Source: Actinomycetota bacterium
Lineage (GTDB): Bacteria > Actinomycetota > Actinomycetes > Actinomycetales > Microbacteriaceae
NCBI GenBank assembly: GCA_039800905.1
Contig: JBDLPW010000029.1
Coordinates: 1 to 45,936 of the forward strand
Direction of reading: 5' to 3'
DNA: 45,936 bases
This document shows, one piece after another, positions 26,308 to 36,644 of the stretch (its first letter is position 1; each line of letters starts with the position of its first letter). The notes beneath the pieces are model-generated. The model saw only the letters and a program-made list of their open reading frames with translations. It was not told where the DNA came from and did no database searches. Both the position numbers and the translations under genes were made by a program.

Positions 26308-27286
26308 GCCAGGACGACCCGGCGCCGCGAAGGGCAAAAAAGGACCGCTCAAAGGAACGGGCGGTCACGGCCGACGTTCCCTCGAAGGGAAAGGCCCGAC
26401 CCCGAAGGCGGAAGACCGGTCGTGGCACGTAGCGGGCAAGCGTAAGGCCGCAAAGGATCGACTCGAAGCCGCGCAAGAACGTCACGGACGCAAACCTGCC
26501 GGCGGTCCCAAGTCTTCGACCAAGCGCAAAGACACCGACAACGAAATCCTCAACGGCCGTAACTCGGTGCTCGAGGCTTTGCGCACCGGCGTCCCTGCGA
26601 CGACTCTGTACATCGCCGCCCGCGTTGAGTTTGACGACCGCGTCAAGGAATCGCTGTCACTCGCGACCAAGCGCGGAATTCCGATTCTTGAAATCATGCG
26701 ACCCGAGATGGATCGACTCGTCAGCGAGGGTTCCGTTCACCAGGGCATCGCGCTGGCGGTTCCGCCGTATGACTACCGATACCCGATGGATTTGCTCGAC
26801 TATGTCGAGGGTCGCGGGGAAATCCCGTTGTTCGTTGCTCTGGACGGAATCACGGACCCCCGCAACCTCGGTGCAATCATCCGTAGCACTGCCGCTTTCG
26901 GCGGACACGGCATCATCATCCCGCAACGTCGTTCGGTCGGAGTGACCGCCGCCGCGTGGAAGACCTCGGCCGGCGCAGCGGCTCGCCTTCCTGTCGCAAT
27001 GGCGTCCAACCTCAACCAGACCATCAAGTCGTTCAAGGACCGGGGCGTCTTCGTCATCGGCCTCGACGGTGACGGCTCGATGGACCTGCCCGAGATCAAT
27101 ATCGCGGATCGCCCGCTGCTCATCGTGACCGGCAGCGAAGGCAAGGGGCTTTCGCGACTGGTTGCCGAAAACTGTGACGCCATCGTTTCGATTCCGATTG
27201 AAGCGGCAACCGAGTCGCTCAACGCGGGTATCGCCACATCCATCGCGATGTACGAAATCGCGATGCGCCGCCAGTCGCGCCGCTAG
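26300..27286 (+). CDS. rlmB: 23S rRNA Gm2251 methyltransferase
   Basis: DPRNLGAIIR, GSEGKG, ESLNAG SPOUT motifs; follows cysS. Confidence 0.95.
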   Translation: MVKPGRPGAAKGKKGPLKGTGGHGRRSLEGKGPTPKAEDRSWHVAGKRKAAKDRLEAAQERHGRKPAGGPKSSTKRKDTDNEILNGRNSVLEALRTGVPATTLYIAARVEFDDRVKESLSLATKRGIPILEIMRPEMDRLVSEGSVHQGIALAVPPYDYRYPMDLLDYVEGRGEIPLFVALDGITDPRNLGAIIRSTAAFGGHGIIIPQRRSVGVTAAAWKTSAGAAARLPVAMASNLNQTIKSFKDRGVFVIGLDGDGSMDLPEINIADRPLLIVTGSEGKGLSRLVAENCDAIVSIPIEAATESLNAGIATSIAMYEIAMRRQSRR

Positions 27287-28545
27287 ACCAGGTCGCGCCA
27301 GTCCTTGATGACGGGGATGGCGATTGTTGTCGTCGGCGGGTTCACGAGCACGTCCTCGTCGCGTCGATGAGACAGGATGTCGGTGAAGTACGCCTTCGCC
27401 GCGTCCATCAGTGCAACGTCCGTGCCGCGCTGTCGAGCGAGGTACCACTTGTGTTCGAGCACCTCGTGGAAAATCTGCGGCGGGTCTAGTTTTCCGCGCA
27501 GTTCCTCGGGAACTGCCTCAATGACTGGCTCAAATTCCTTCGTCAACCATTCGTGGGCGGCGCGGTCCTCATCATCGACGGTTCCCTTGCGTGCCGCGTA
27601 TTCATCGAGAGCGTTTAGCAAGCGGCGGGCCTGGTTTTCTTCCGCGTCGATGCCCGTCAGGCGGATGAGGCGGCGGCTGTGGTGACCGGCGTCCACGACT
27701 TTGGGGCGAACACGAACGGCGCTTCCCGGAAGATCCGTCTTGAGGGAGATCTCTTCGATGTCAAAGCCGAGCTCGTTGAGGTGCTCGACACGTTCGGCGA
27801 TCTTCCACGTCTCCGTCGAATCCATTTCCTGCCATGACGTCAGTTCGGCCCACAGTCGTTCGTAACTGGCAACGAAACGGTCCGCTTGATCGACCGGATC
27901 AATCGACGGGTCGAGTCGACCGCCGGCCTGTAGGTCGAGCAATTCACCGGCGATGTTGACGCGGGCGACCTCGATGTCGTTTCCGCGGTGGCCGGGGCTT
28001 AGTTCGCCGTCAATCAGCTCACCCGTCTCGGCATCAACGAGATACGCGGCGAACGAACCGGCATCACGGCGGAACAACACGTTGGACAGTGACACGTCGC
28101 CCCAGTAGAAACCGCTGAGATGCAAGCGAACGAGCAGGACCGCCATCGCATCGATAAATCGCGTCGCTGTGTCGGGGCGCAACGTTTGGGAAAACACCGC
28201 GCGATACGGCATCGAAAACTTGAGATGTTTGGTGACGAGTGCCGCGGGCAGCGGCTCACCCGAATCATCAACGCGATCGGTCACCACTGCAATCGGTTTG
28301 ACCGTCGGGATATCCCGTTTCCGCAACCGGCGAAGCATGTCGAATTCACGCTGCGCCATTTCGGCCGTGGTTTCTTTTACCGCTGCGATGTCCTCGCCCA
28401 TCTGCACGAATCGCACGATGTGACGCGAAATACCGCGCGGCAACGCGACGAGCACGTCCTCCGGCCATTCCTCGAGCGGAAGGTTCCAGGGCAACGTCAA
28501 AATGTCCGTGCGAAGCGGACCGGTGAAAGTGGGGAGCGCAGCCAT
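27283..28545 (-). CDS. DUF4032-containing kinase-like protein
   Basis: GISRHIVRF, FYWGDVSLSNVLFRRDAG, LVDAETGE, HEVLEHKWYL; typical neighbour of msiK. Confidence 0.88.
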   Translation of the reverse strand: MAALPTFTGPLRTDILTLPWNLPLEEWPEDVLVALPRGISRHIVRFVQMGEDIAAVKETTAEMAQREFDMLRRLRKRDIPTVKPIAVVTDRVDDSGEPLPAALVTKHLKFSMPYRAVFSQTLRPDTATRFIDAMAVLLVRLHLSGFYWGDVSLSNVLFRRDAGSFAAYLVDAETGELIDGELSPGHRGNDIEVARVNIAGELLDLQAGGRLDPSIDPVDQADRFVASYERLWAELTSWQEMDSTETWKIAERVEHLNELGFDIEEISLKTDLPGSAVRVRPKVVDAGHHSRRLIRLTGIDAEENQARRLLNALDEYAARKGTVDDEDRAAHEWLTKEFEPVIEAVPEELRGKLDPPQIFHEVLEHKWYLARQRGTDVALMDAAKAYFTDILSHRRDEDVLVNPPTTTIAIPVIKDWRDLV

Positions 28546-28562
28546 GTCAGCGGGTGAGGAAA

Positions 28563-28588
28563 GCCGGGGTGAGAGACCCCACCCCGGC
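28563..28588 (-). terminator. Hairpin downstream of msiK
   Basis: GCCGGGGTG-N8-CACCCCGGC followed by TTT on the minus strand. Confidence 0.7.
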
Positions 28589-28598
28589 CAACCGATTG

Positions 28599-29696
28599 CT
28601 AGTGCTGGACGCGCGAATCGCCGAGGCGCTTGCCCGAGGCGACATCGAATACGTGAACGTGAGCGGGCTTCGGCGTGATGACGACGGTGTCGCCTACCTT
28701 GGCGTGGTCACGACCATCAACGCGAACAACCACGTCGATCTTCTGACCGGCCGACTCTGCGGTTCCGTAGAGGTAACCGTCTGCACCGAGCTCTTCGACG
28801 ACATCGATGACGACCTTTATGCCCTTGCCGTTCGACGAAACGTCGAGGTCTTCGGGGCGAACGCCGACGGTGACGTGCGGGTCTTTCGCCGCCTTGGTGA
28901 CGTCAGCGGGTACCTTTGCGACGTCGGTACCGAACTGCACTCCACCCGACACGATTTCTGCGGGGAAGAGGTTCATCGCCGGCGAACCGATGAAGCCGGC
29001 GACGAACACGTTCGAGGGGGCTTCGTAGAGGTCGCGCGGAGAACCGACCTGCTGCAAGACACCGTCCTTGAGAACCGCGATGCGGTCACCCATGGTAAGT
29101 GCTTCGGTCTGGTCGTGAGTGACGTACACGGTGGTGACACCGAGTCGACGCTGCAGCGATGCGATCTGGGTGCGGGTCTGAACTCGCAACTTGGCGTCGA
29201 GGTTCGACAGCGGTTCGTCCATGAGGAAGACCTGCGGCTTGCGGACGATAGCGCGACCCATCGCGACGCGCTGACGCTGACCACCCGAGAGAGCCTTCGG
29301 CTTGCGGTCGAGGTACGGCTCGAGGTCGAGCAGCTTGGCGGCTTCGAGGACGCGCGCGGCGCGTTCCTCCTTGGCAACGCCAGCAATCTTGAGTGCGAAT
29401 CCCATGTTCTCCGCAACGGTCATGTGCGGGTACAGGGCGTAGTTCTGGAACACCATCGCGATGTCGCGGTCCTTCGGCGCGACGTTGGTGACGTCACGGT
29501 CTCCGATGAGGATGCGACCCGAGTTGATCTCCTCAAGCCCGGCGAGCATGCGAAGAGTCGTGGACTTTCCGCATCCCGATGGGCCAACGAGGACGAGGAA
29601 CTCGCCATCCTTGATGTCCAGGTCAATGGCGTCAACTGCGGGCTTAGAAGTGCCCGGGTACAGTCGAGTGGCCTTGTCGAACGTTACTCCAGCCAT
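28599..29696 (-). CDS. msiK: Shared sugar ABC transporter ATPase (MsiK/UgpC)
   Basis: [41 protein letters not shown]-terminal TOBE domain. Confidence 0.95.
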   Translation of the reverse strand: MAGVTFDKATRLYPGTSKPAVDAIDLDIKDGEFLVLVGPSGCGKSTTLRMLAGLEEINSGRILIGDRDVTNVAPKDRDIAMVFQNYALYPHMTVAENMGFALKIAGVAKEERAARVLEAAKLLDLEPYLDRKPKALSGGQRQRVAMGRAIVRKPQVFLMDEPLSNLDAKLRVQTRTQIASLQRRLGVTTVYVTHDQTEALTMGDRIAVLKDGVLQQVGSPRDLYEAPSNVFVAGFIGSPAMNLFPAEIVSGGVQFGTDVAKVPADVTKAAKDPHVTVGVRPEDLDVSSNGKGIKVVIDVVEELGADGYLYGTAESAGQKIDVVVRVDGRDHAKVGDTVVITPKPAHVHVFDVASGKRLGDSRVQH

Positions 29697-29750
29697 GATT
29701 TTTCTCCTTCACCGGCAGGTACGTGCCGGACGATCCGTAGTGAATGGAAG
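29697..29750 (-). ncRNA. msiK RNA motif (cis-regulatory leader)
   Basis: Minus strand CTTCCATTCACTACGGATCGTCCGGCACGTACCTGCCGGTGAAGGAG: CCGGCA/TGCCGG stem within TTCAC/GTGAA, next to the msiK RBS. Matches the known actinobacterial motif from memory. Confidence 0.88.
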
Positions 29751-29893
29751 CGCCACCCGACGGGTGACACATTCAGTATGTCAGTGTCGGTCGCGAGTTG
29801 AAACCCTCAGGTTGCCACCTCGGGTTCCGTCAGTAAACTTGTCGGGTTAGACATTTTCGAGCGACACTTTGTCGCCACGACGTCAGGATTCTC

Positions 29894-30754
29894 ATGAACG
29901 CAGCGAAGCGACCCACCCGCAGCGAAGCCCGCGAAGCGGCCCGTCAGAAGGCACGTGAAATCAGCCGTCAAACGAACGCACGTTCCAAGCGCGCGCGGTT
30001 CTTCACCCAGGCCGGCCTCGGGGTTGCGGCCCTCGCCGTTATCTCCATTCTCGCCATCGTCATCATGCAGGGAACGGCGCCCGCTGGCCCCGGCCCCATC
30101 AACATGGCGAGCGACGGCATCAAGATCGGCGCCAACTACGAAGCCGTACGCACCCAGGCGCTGCCAGCAGATTCCGCGCCGGTTGCCACCCCCGCAAACG
30201 AGCCCGGCGTTGTCGACATCACCTTGTTCGTTGACTACCTCTGCCCGATCTGTGGCGAATTCGAGAAGACGAACGGTCAGGCCATCAACGAACTCGTGTC
30301 GTCTGGGGCGGCAACTGTTGAGATTCACCCGCTCGCATTCCTCGACAACCGTTCGCAGGGAACCAAGTATTCGACCCGCGCGTCGAACGCGGCTGCCTGT
30401 ATGGCGAACTATTCGCCGAATTCGTTCTACACGTTCCACAACTCGCTGTACGCAAACCAGCCAGCAGAGAACACCCCGGGTCTTGATGACCAGACGTTGA
30501 TTGACCTTGCGAACAAGGCTGGAGCGGCGCCGCAAGTCGCCGACTGCATCAACAATGGTGATTTCGAGGACTGGGTCGCCGCTCAAACGGAACGCGCGAT
30601 GAACGGAAAGGTTGCGATTAACAATCTTGACCCGTCATTCACGGGAATTACTGGAACTCCGACCGTTCTCATCAACGGTGTGCCGTTCCAGTACTCGTAC
30701 CCCTTCGACACCGCCGAGTTCCTCAGCGCGGTGCAGGCGGCGGCAAGCAACTAG
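29894..30754 (+). CDS. Membrane-anchored DsbA-family thioredoxin
   Basis: DYLCPICGEFE (CxxC), GTPTVLING, N-terminal TM. Confidence 0.92.
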   Translation: MNAAKRPTRSEAREAARQKAREISRQTNARSKRARFFTQAGLGVAALAVISILAIVIMQGTAPAGPGPINMASDGIKIGANYEAVRTQALPADSAPVATPANEPGVVDITLFVDYLCPICGEFEKTNGQAINELVSSGAATVEIHPLAFLDNRSQGTKYSTRASNAAACMANYSPNSFYTFHNSLYANQPAENTPGLDDQTLIDLANKAGAAPQVADCINNGDFEDWVAAQTERAMNGKVAINNLDPSFTGITGTPTVLINGVPFQYSYPFDTAEFLSAVQAAASN

Positions 30755-30788
30755 TCACTGGTGCCGAGACGGTAACCTTGTAGGTATC

Positions 30789-30861
30789 GCCGACTTAGCT
30801 CAGCTGGTAGAGCATCTGTCTTGTAAACAGAAGGTCACGAGTTCGAACCTCGTAGTCGGCT
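30789..30861 (+). tRNA. tRNA-Thr (anticodon TGT)
   Basis: GCCGACTTAGCTCAGCTGGTAGAGCATCTGTCTTGTAAACAGAAGGTCACGAGTTCGAACCTCGTAGTCGGCT cloverleaf. Confidence 0.97.
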
Positions 30862-30886
30862 CGAACGTCAGTGAAGGGCAAACAGA

Positions 30887-32287
30887 ATGACCGACGACAC
30901 CACCGCACCGGAAGTCCGCAAGGGACCGTCGCCCTACGTTGTGGCCGGTTTGGTCGCCGCGATCGTCGCCGCTGCCGCGTTCGCCGGCGGATTCTTCTTC
31001 GGTCCCGGTGGAAGCGCGGGCGGCGGGCTCGTTGCTGATTCCCGCGTCGTTCCGGACAACCCCTCGGCGGCATTCCCCGTTCGGACGTGTTCCATTGCGG
31101 ACGCGATGGCGTCGCCCGACCTCAAGACGGCGACGGCGTACATCATGAACGCAGACACCGACGAAATCTTGTATCAATTCGGTGCAGACCCCGCGGTTCC
31201 CATGGGAAGTGTCATGAAGGTCATCACCGCCGCGACTGCTCTTGACGTCCTCGGCCCTGATGCAACCTTGACGACCCGCGTCGTCAAGGGATCGACACCC
31301 GGATCGGTCATCATCATTGGTGGCGGAGACCCGACCCTCAGTGCGGGGAACGGATCGGTTTATGCCAATGCACCGACCATCACCGATTTGGCGCAGCAGA
31401 CGGTCACCGCCTATTACGAGGACGACCCCTCGGCAACTCCCATCACCGAGGTCATTGTCGATCTGTCACTCTTCCCCGTCGATGATGCGTGGGATCCGTC
31501 GTGGCCGACGAGTGAGCGCGTCGATGGATACCAGCCGAAGATTGTGCCGCTCCTCATCGACGGCGACCGCGCCAACGCGAAGCGTCAGACGAGCCCGCGT
31601 TCGAAGGACCCCGTCGACAAAGCGGTCAAGGCGTTCGTCAATGAACTCGAAAACGCCGGGGGAACTGATGGGCAAACGCCCGTCAACGTCCGCTTCGGCA
31701 CCGCGCCGTCCAACGCGACCGAGCTGGCATCAGTCTCGTCGCAGCCCGTTGCCACGCTCATCAAGCAAATGCTTCCCATGTCGGACAACGCGCTCGCCGA
31801 ATACCTCTTGCGTGCCGTGTCGGTCAAGTTGGGGCAGGGCGGCACCGCCGCATCGCTGCCATCAGGAATTGTCGGTGCGATGAAGGATCGCAACATCGAT
31901 TTCTCCACGAGCACCTTCGTCGACGGGTCGGGTGAATCGCCCAACATCAAGATCGACGTCGCAGCACTCGCCACACTTCTCGACCTCGTTTTCGCAGACG
32001 GCAGTGACCTCGCGGTGATTGCAGACAACCTTCCCGTCGCGGGGAAATCGGGGACACTCGCTGACCGCTTCACCGGTGACGCCAAGATTGCGGTCGACCA
32101 CGTGATTGCCAAGACGGGATCCATTTCGGGTGTTCGGGCGCTCGCGGGGAAGATTGAGGCGGCCGACGGCACGAACCTTATCGCCATCGTCGTCGCCCAG
32201 GGCAAGGTCGGCAACAAGGCGCGAGCAGCTCTCGACAACGTATTCGCCGGTGCTTACACATGCGGCAACAACCTGTCGTCGTACTAG
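30887..32287 (+). CDS. dacB: D-Ala-D-Ala carboxypeptidase/endopeptidase (peptidase S13)
   Basis: SVMK (SxxK), GGGDPTL, SDN, DGSG, KTGS. Confidence 0.92.
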   Translation: MTDDTTAPEVRKGPSPYVVAGLVAAIVAAAAFAGGFFFGPGGSAGGGLVADSRVVPDNPSAAFPVRTCSIADAMASPDLKTATAYIMNADTDEILYQFGADPAVPMGSVMKVITAATALDVLGPDATLTTRVVKGSTPGSVIIIGGGDPTLSAGNGSVYANAPTITDLAQQTVTAYYEDDPSATPITEVIVDLSLFPVDDAWDPSWPTSERVDGYQPKIVPLLIDGDRANAKRQTSPRSKDPVDKAVKAFVNELENAGGTDGQTPVNVRFGTAPSNATELASVSSQPVATLIKQMLPMSDNALAEYLLRAVSVKLGQGGTAASLPSGIVGAMKDRNIDFSTSTFVDGSGESPNIKIDVAALATLLDLVFADGSDLAVIADNLPVAGKSGTLADRFTGDAKIAVDHVIAKTGSISGVRALAGKIEAADGTNLIAIVVAQGKVGNKARAALDNVFAGAYTCGNNLSSY

Positions 32288-32296
32288 GACAACGCC

Positions 32297-32872
32297 ATGG
32301 CCCGCGCGCTCCTCATCGTTGACGTTCAGAACGACTTCACTGAAGGCGGGTCGCTCGCGTGTGCGGGGGGAGCTGCAATCGCTTTGGCGATCTCACAGTT
32401 CGCAGGTGCACACCGAGACGACTACGCGATTGTCATCGCTTCACGCGACTGGCACGACCCCGACAGCGACAACCGTGGCCACTTCGCCGACGAACCAGAC
32501 TGGGTCGATTCGTGGCCGGTGCACTGCGTTGCGGGTACACACGGCGCTGACTATCACCCGGAACTAGACGTCTCCGTCATTGACGTGCACCTCCTCAAAG
32601 GGCAAGGAATTCCGGCGTATTCCGCCTTCGAAGGTGTCACGGATGATGGCCACACCATCAGCGATGTTCTCGCCGAGCACGGCATCGATGCCATCGATAT
32701 CGTCGGGATCGCGACCGACTATTGCGTGCGTGCATCGGCACTTGACGCCGTCGCCGCGGGGCTAGAAGTCACTGTTCGAGCCGACCTGTGTGTTGGTGTC
32801 GCCCCTGCGAGTTCGATTGCGGCGCTCAGTGAGTTGGCGTCGGCCGGAGTGAAGATTTCAATCGCCAGTTAG
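32297..32872 (+). CDS. pncA: Nicotinamidase/pyrazinamidase
   Basis: VDVQNDF, RDWH, WPVHCV, YSAFEG, GIATDYCV. Confidence 0.93.
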   Translation: MARALLIVDVQNDFTEGGSLACAGGAAIALAISQFAGAHRDDYAIVIASRDWHDPDSDNRGHFADEPDWVDSWPVHCVAGTHGADYHPELDVSVIDVHLLKGQGIPAYSAFEGVTDDGHTISDVLAEHGIDAIDIVGIATDYCVRASALDAVAAGLEVTVRADLCVGVAPASSIAALSELASAGVKISIAS

Positions 32873-33003
32873 ATCAAAAAATTGTCGGGGTATACCCCAT
32901 CGGCACGGACCGCTCACCTGCATTGATGCGGATTGGTTGCGTTGAGTGAGAGGGGCAGTCGCGCGGTTACCGGCGCGATGGGGCCCCACCTGTTGTCCCG
33001 GAA

Positions 33004-33041
33004 ACGACAATGAGACTGGCCAAAGCCAGTCTCATTGTCGT
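33004..33041 (-). terminator. Perfect 17-bp inverted repeat directly after tRNA-Pro
   Basis: ACGACAATGAGACTGGC-CAAA-GCCAGTCTCATTGTCGT. Confidence 0.85.
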
Positions 33042-33042
33042 G

Positions 33043-33116
33043 TCGGGGTAACAGGATTTGAACCTGCGACCTCGTCGTCCCGAACGACGCGCGCTACCAA
33101 ACTGCGCCATACCCCG
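33043..33116 (-). tRNA. tRNA-Pro (anticodon CGG)
   Basis: Reverse complement CGGGGTATGGCGCAGTTTGGTAGCGCGCGTCGTTCGGGACGACGAGGTCGCAGGTTCAAATCCTGTTACCCCGA. Confidence 0.97.
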
Positions 33117-33123
33117 TAACTCG

Positions 33124-34053
33124 TCAAGAATACCCGAAGTCACGCGCCCGTAACGTCACGAGCACCGCCTCGGGCGGGCACGCGAACCGCACCGGCGCGA
33201 AAATGGACGTTCCGAGACCGGCACTGACGTTGAGGAATGCGTGTCGGTCATGGTGATTCCACACCGCAAGGCCACTCGCGTACCGTGTGGGCAAATCACT
33301 GTTCGTAGTCAACGCACCGACACCAGGGACGCACACCTGTCCACCATGAGTGTGGCCGGCGAAGATGACGTCCGCGCCAAGCGTCGTGAGGAAGTTGAGT
33401 ACACGACGATACGGCGCGTGTGTCACCCCGATGATGGCAGAGACGGGTGCGGTTTCCGATTCGACCGCCGCTTCAAGGCTCGAGGCAACGAGGTCGAGTC
33501 GGTCAAGACCGTGATGCGGGTCATCCGTTCCCGTGACCAGCAACGTTGAACCGTTGACCGTCATTCGACCGCTCGAGTTGTTGAGGTTCATCCACCCGAG
33601 CGTCGTGTACAGGTCCTCAAGGCGGGCGGTGTCAAGCGGTTCACCGTGCTCGCGGTCGCTCGACGGCTTCCACAGATATTCGAACGGGTTGGGGACGGTC
33701 GGCGCGAAGTAGTCGTTCGACCCGTGTACGTACACGCCGGGAATTCCCGCGAACGGCGCGAGCGCGGATCGAAGTGCGGTCACCGCGTCACGATGCCCGA
33801 GCATGTCACCGGTAATGACAATCATGTCCGGCGACAATTCGGTCAGTGAACGAATCCAATCAATCTTGCGCTCCTGCCACGGCGCAAGATGAAGGTCGCT
33901 GAGGTGCAGCACACGGATGTCCCCGGCACCAGGATCCAGTACATCGATGGATTCGGAGCGCACCCGAAAAGCATTGCGTTCGATGAGCGAGGCGTAGGCG
34001 AAAACGCCCGCCCCTACAGCGAGGGCACCCGTGAGAACCCGTCGCGCGAGCAT
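33124..34053 (-). CDS. Metallophosphoesterase (calcineurin-like)
   Basis: HLSDLH, TGD, GSND, AGHTHGGQ, SAGLG. Confidence 0.92.
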   Translation of the reverse strand: MLARRVLTGALAVGAGVFAYASLIERNAFRVRSESIDVLDPGAGDIRVLHLSDLHLAPWQERKIDWIRSLTELSPDMIVITGDMLGHRDAVTALRSALAPFAGIPGVYVHGSNDYFAPTVPNPFEYLWKPSSDREHGEPLDTARLEDLYTTLGWMNLNNSSGRMTVNGSTLLVTGTDDPHHGLDRLDLVASSLEAAVESETAPVSAIIGVTHAPYRRVLNFLTTLGADVIFAGHTHGGQVCVPGVGALTTNSDLPTRYASGLAVWNHHDRHAFLNVSAGLGTSIFAPVRFACPPEAVLVTLRARDFGYS

Positions 34054-36593
34054 TACTGGCAGGTCGCTTGTCGAACCGTGATGCGAACGTAACCAGCAGG
34101 ATCGAACAACGTGCCCGCCGCGGGGTACTGCGATGTCACGTACCCGATCATCGGGTCGTTGGCGTCTGCCGCAACCTCACAGCGGTTGTGAACGTTCGTC
34201 GCACCGAGCAACTCCAGTTGTCGCAACGCATTATGTTCCGACGTTCGGTTTGTAATGAGGTCCAACATCGTCAGCTGAACCTGCTTGATCGACGGGTACA
34301 GCGTGATGGTCATGCCGGACGCAATCTTCGCGCCTTCGACCGGGTTTGCGCTGACGACCAAACCATCATCCATCTCGGAGATAATTCCGGCACCGACCTT
34401 GACCTCGAAGCCCAAGCCCGTCAGCAGAGTCGTTGCCGCTTCGACGGTCAGTCCGCGAAGTGCCGGAACGGTCACCGACTTTCCAGCGAGGAGCTTTGCA
34501 CTGGGCTTTGCCCAGTCGCTGCCGCCGTACATCTTGTTTGCGGTCTTGATGACGGCCAACAAGATGTGGTGACGTAACTTCGCACCGCCCGGGTAGGAAC
34601 GGATTCGGTAGAAGCCTGAGATGTTGCCGACCCACGCGACGCTCGTCACCTTGGAGGTGGAGGCGATCATCCACGTCTGCGTTGCGCCGTTCGTGGTACC
34701 CGTCTTACCGAATAGCGGGATACCGTCGTGAGGGTTCGACGGGGTACCGGTACCGCTCGCGACAACGGTCTTCATCGCATAGATCGCGGCGTGCGCGATG
34801 TCCGGGTCTACGGCCTGGGTACATTCGGGGGTCTGACCGGCGATGGTTTCGCCCGAGGGGCTTTCCACGTGGTCAAGAACGATCGGCGGGCAGTAGCGCC
34901 CGTTGTTCGCGACACCGGCGTATGCGGCGGCAAGCGACATCGGCGCGATTTCGTTGGTTCCCAGAATTGCTGACGGGTTCGTCTTGAGGGGAGTGCCATC
35001 GGCACGGTGCATACCGAGCGATTCGGCGATCTTGCGGATGTCACACTGGTCGAGCTGTTCCGTGATGGACGCAAACGCCGAGTTCACCGAGTACTTGACG
35101 GCGTTAATAACGGAGAGGACCTTGGCCGACTTCATGTCGTTGCCGAACTTCCATTCACCGTGCCACGGGCCGCCACCGTCGACACAGGTGTCAAGGTACG
35201 CGCCCTGGTCCTTGGTGAACTCGGACGCATCGACGAGTTCGTTCAGTCCGTGACCGGCTTTGAGCCAGGCGAGAAGACCGAACAACTTGTAGGTCGAACC
35301 GGACTGGAAACCGCTCGACCCGCCGTAGTCACGGTCGGTAGCGAAGTTCACCGCCGTCGCTCCAATTCCACCACCCTTGAGGGTGTCGTTGAACAACTTG
35401 TTGCTCGTCATCGTAAGCACGCGCCCGGTGCCCACCTCAATCGACACCTGTGCCGAGCCGAGTCTGAACTTCTTTTCGTCCTTCTTGACCAGCCACGTCT
35501 TCTTTTGGGCGACGACCTGCAACTTGTAGTTCATGGTCGTGTACAGGCGGTAACCACCAAGATGCCAGTTGTTGATGCGCTCCTCTTTGGTGCCGCCCAG
35601 TGCTTCGAAGTTTCCCACGTTCTTGACGACGTAGTCACAGAACCACTTTGAATACTGGTCACCGGCAATACATCCACTGACCGGCTCAGTGAGGTGCACA
35701 AAGTTCTCGTCAACGGGAGTGTCTACTGCCTCACGATATTCGGCCTCCGTGATGTAACGCTCCTGCTTCATCGCATTGAGGATGACATCGCGGCGCTCGC
35801 GGTTCGCGTCATAGTTCGCGGGGTCTGACAGGTTTCGCGTCTGCGGTGCCTGAACGATGGCGAGCAGCGACGCCGATTCGGCGAGGTTGAGGTCCTTGGC
35901 GGGCTTACCGAAGTAATACTGCGCGGCGGCCTCGACGCCGTAGGTGTTTCCACCGAAGTTCGAAATGTTGAGGTATGCGAGGAGGATCTGTTCCTTCGTG
36001 TACCGCTTTTCCAGCGCCAGGGCCATGCGAATTTCCTGGAATTTACGCTTGAAGGACGTTGCGGTCGCTGCCTTGTACGCGGCGTCGCGTTCCTCTTGAG
36101 TCGGCAGCGCTTCGGCACGTTGAACGAACACGTTCTTGATGACCTGCATGGTCAGGGTCGACGCACCGGACTGAACGGAACCGGAAATCGCGTTACCGAC
36201 GGCGGCACGTACGAGACCCTGAAGGTCAACACCGCGGTGCTGGTAGAAGCGACGGTCCTCACCGGCGACGGCGGCGTCCTTGAGATACTGGGAAACATCA
36301 CCCCAGCCGACCTCTTCGCGGTTCTGCCAGTACACCGATGCGATCTTGATGTACCCGTTCGCTGGGTCGTTGTCGGTCTGGGCGTAAATGTCGTTTCGCT
36401 GGGCAAGTCGATCCAAGTCGATGAAGTCGGGCATCGCGTCGAGGACGCCGATGGTGTTCTTGAGCGTCACACCACCGACAGCGAGGATCGGCATCATGAG
36501 GACGGCGACCATCACACCCGCCAGCGCAGAAATGAACCCCAAACCGATCCACGAACCGACCCGCGGTGTGAACTGCGACAACCACTTCGACAT
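34053..36593 (-). CDS. Class A penicillin-binding protein with PASTA domains (PonA2-like)
   Basis: EDRRFYQHRGVD, GASTLTMQ, YLN, STYK, SVN, KTGT, C-terminal PASTA repeats. Confidence 0.95.
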   Translation of the reverse strand: MSKWLSQFTPRVGSWIGLGFISALAGVMVAVLMMPILAVGGVTLKNTIGVLDAMPDFIDLDRLAQRNDIYAQTDNDPANGYIKIASVYWQNREEVGWGDVSQYLKDAAVAGEDRRFYQHRGVDLQGLVRAAVGNAISGSVQSGASTLTMQVIKNVFVQRAEALPTQEERDAAYKAATATSFKRKFQEIRMALALEKRYTKEQILLAYLNISNFGGNTYGVEAAAQYYFGKPAKDLNLAESASLLAIVQAPQTRNLSDPANYDANRERRDVILNAMKQERYITEAEYREAVDTPVDENFVHLTEPVSGCIAGDQYSKWFCDYVVKNVGNFEALGGTKEERINNWHLGGYRLYTTMNYKLQVVAQKKTWLVKKDEKKFRLGSAQVSIEVGTGRVLTMTSNKLFNDTLKGGGIGATAVNFATDRDYGGSSGFQSGSTYKLFGLLAWLKAGHGLNELVDASEFTKDQGAYLDTCVDGGGPWHGEWKFGNDMKSAKVLSVINAVKYSVNSAFASITEQLDQCDIRKIAESLGMHRADGTPLKTNPSAILGTNEIAPMSLAAAYAGVANNGRYCPPIVLDHVESPSGETIAGQTPECTQAVDPDIAHAAIYAMKTVVASGTGTPSNPHDGIPLFGKTGTTNGATQTWMIASTSKVTSVAWVGNISGFYRIRSYPGGAKLRHHILLAVIKTANKMYGGSDWAKPSAKLLAGKSVTVPALRGLTVEAATTLLTGLGFEVKVGAGIISEMDDGLVVSANPVEGAKIASGMTITLYPSIKQVQLTMLDLITNRTSEHNALRQLELLGATNVHNRCEVAADANDPMIGYVTSQYPAAGTLFDPAGYVRITVRQATCQ

Positions 36594-36644
36594 AGACTCA
36601 AGGTTACCGAGTGAACCTATGAAACATCGAAACGAGGGACCGTC

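Noticed and set aside
28554-29801. 415-aa plus-strand ORF
   Set aside because: Antisense to msiK, which has full ABC motifs
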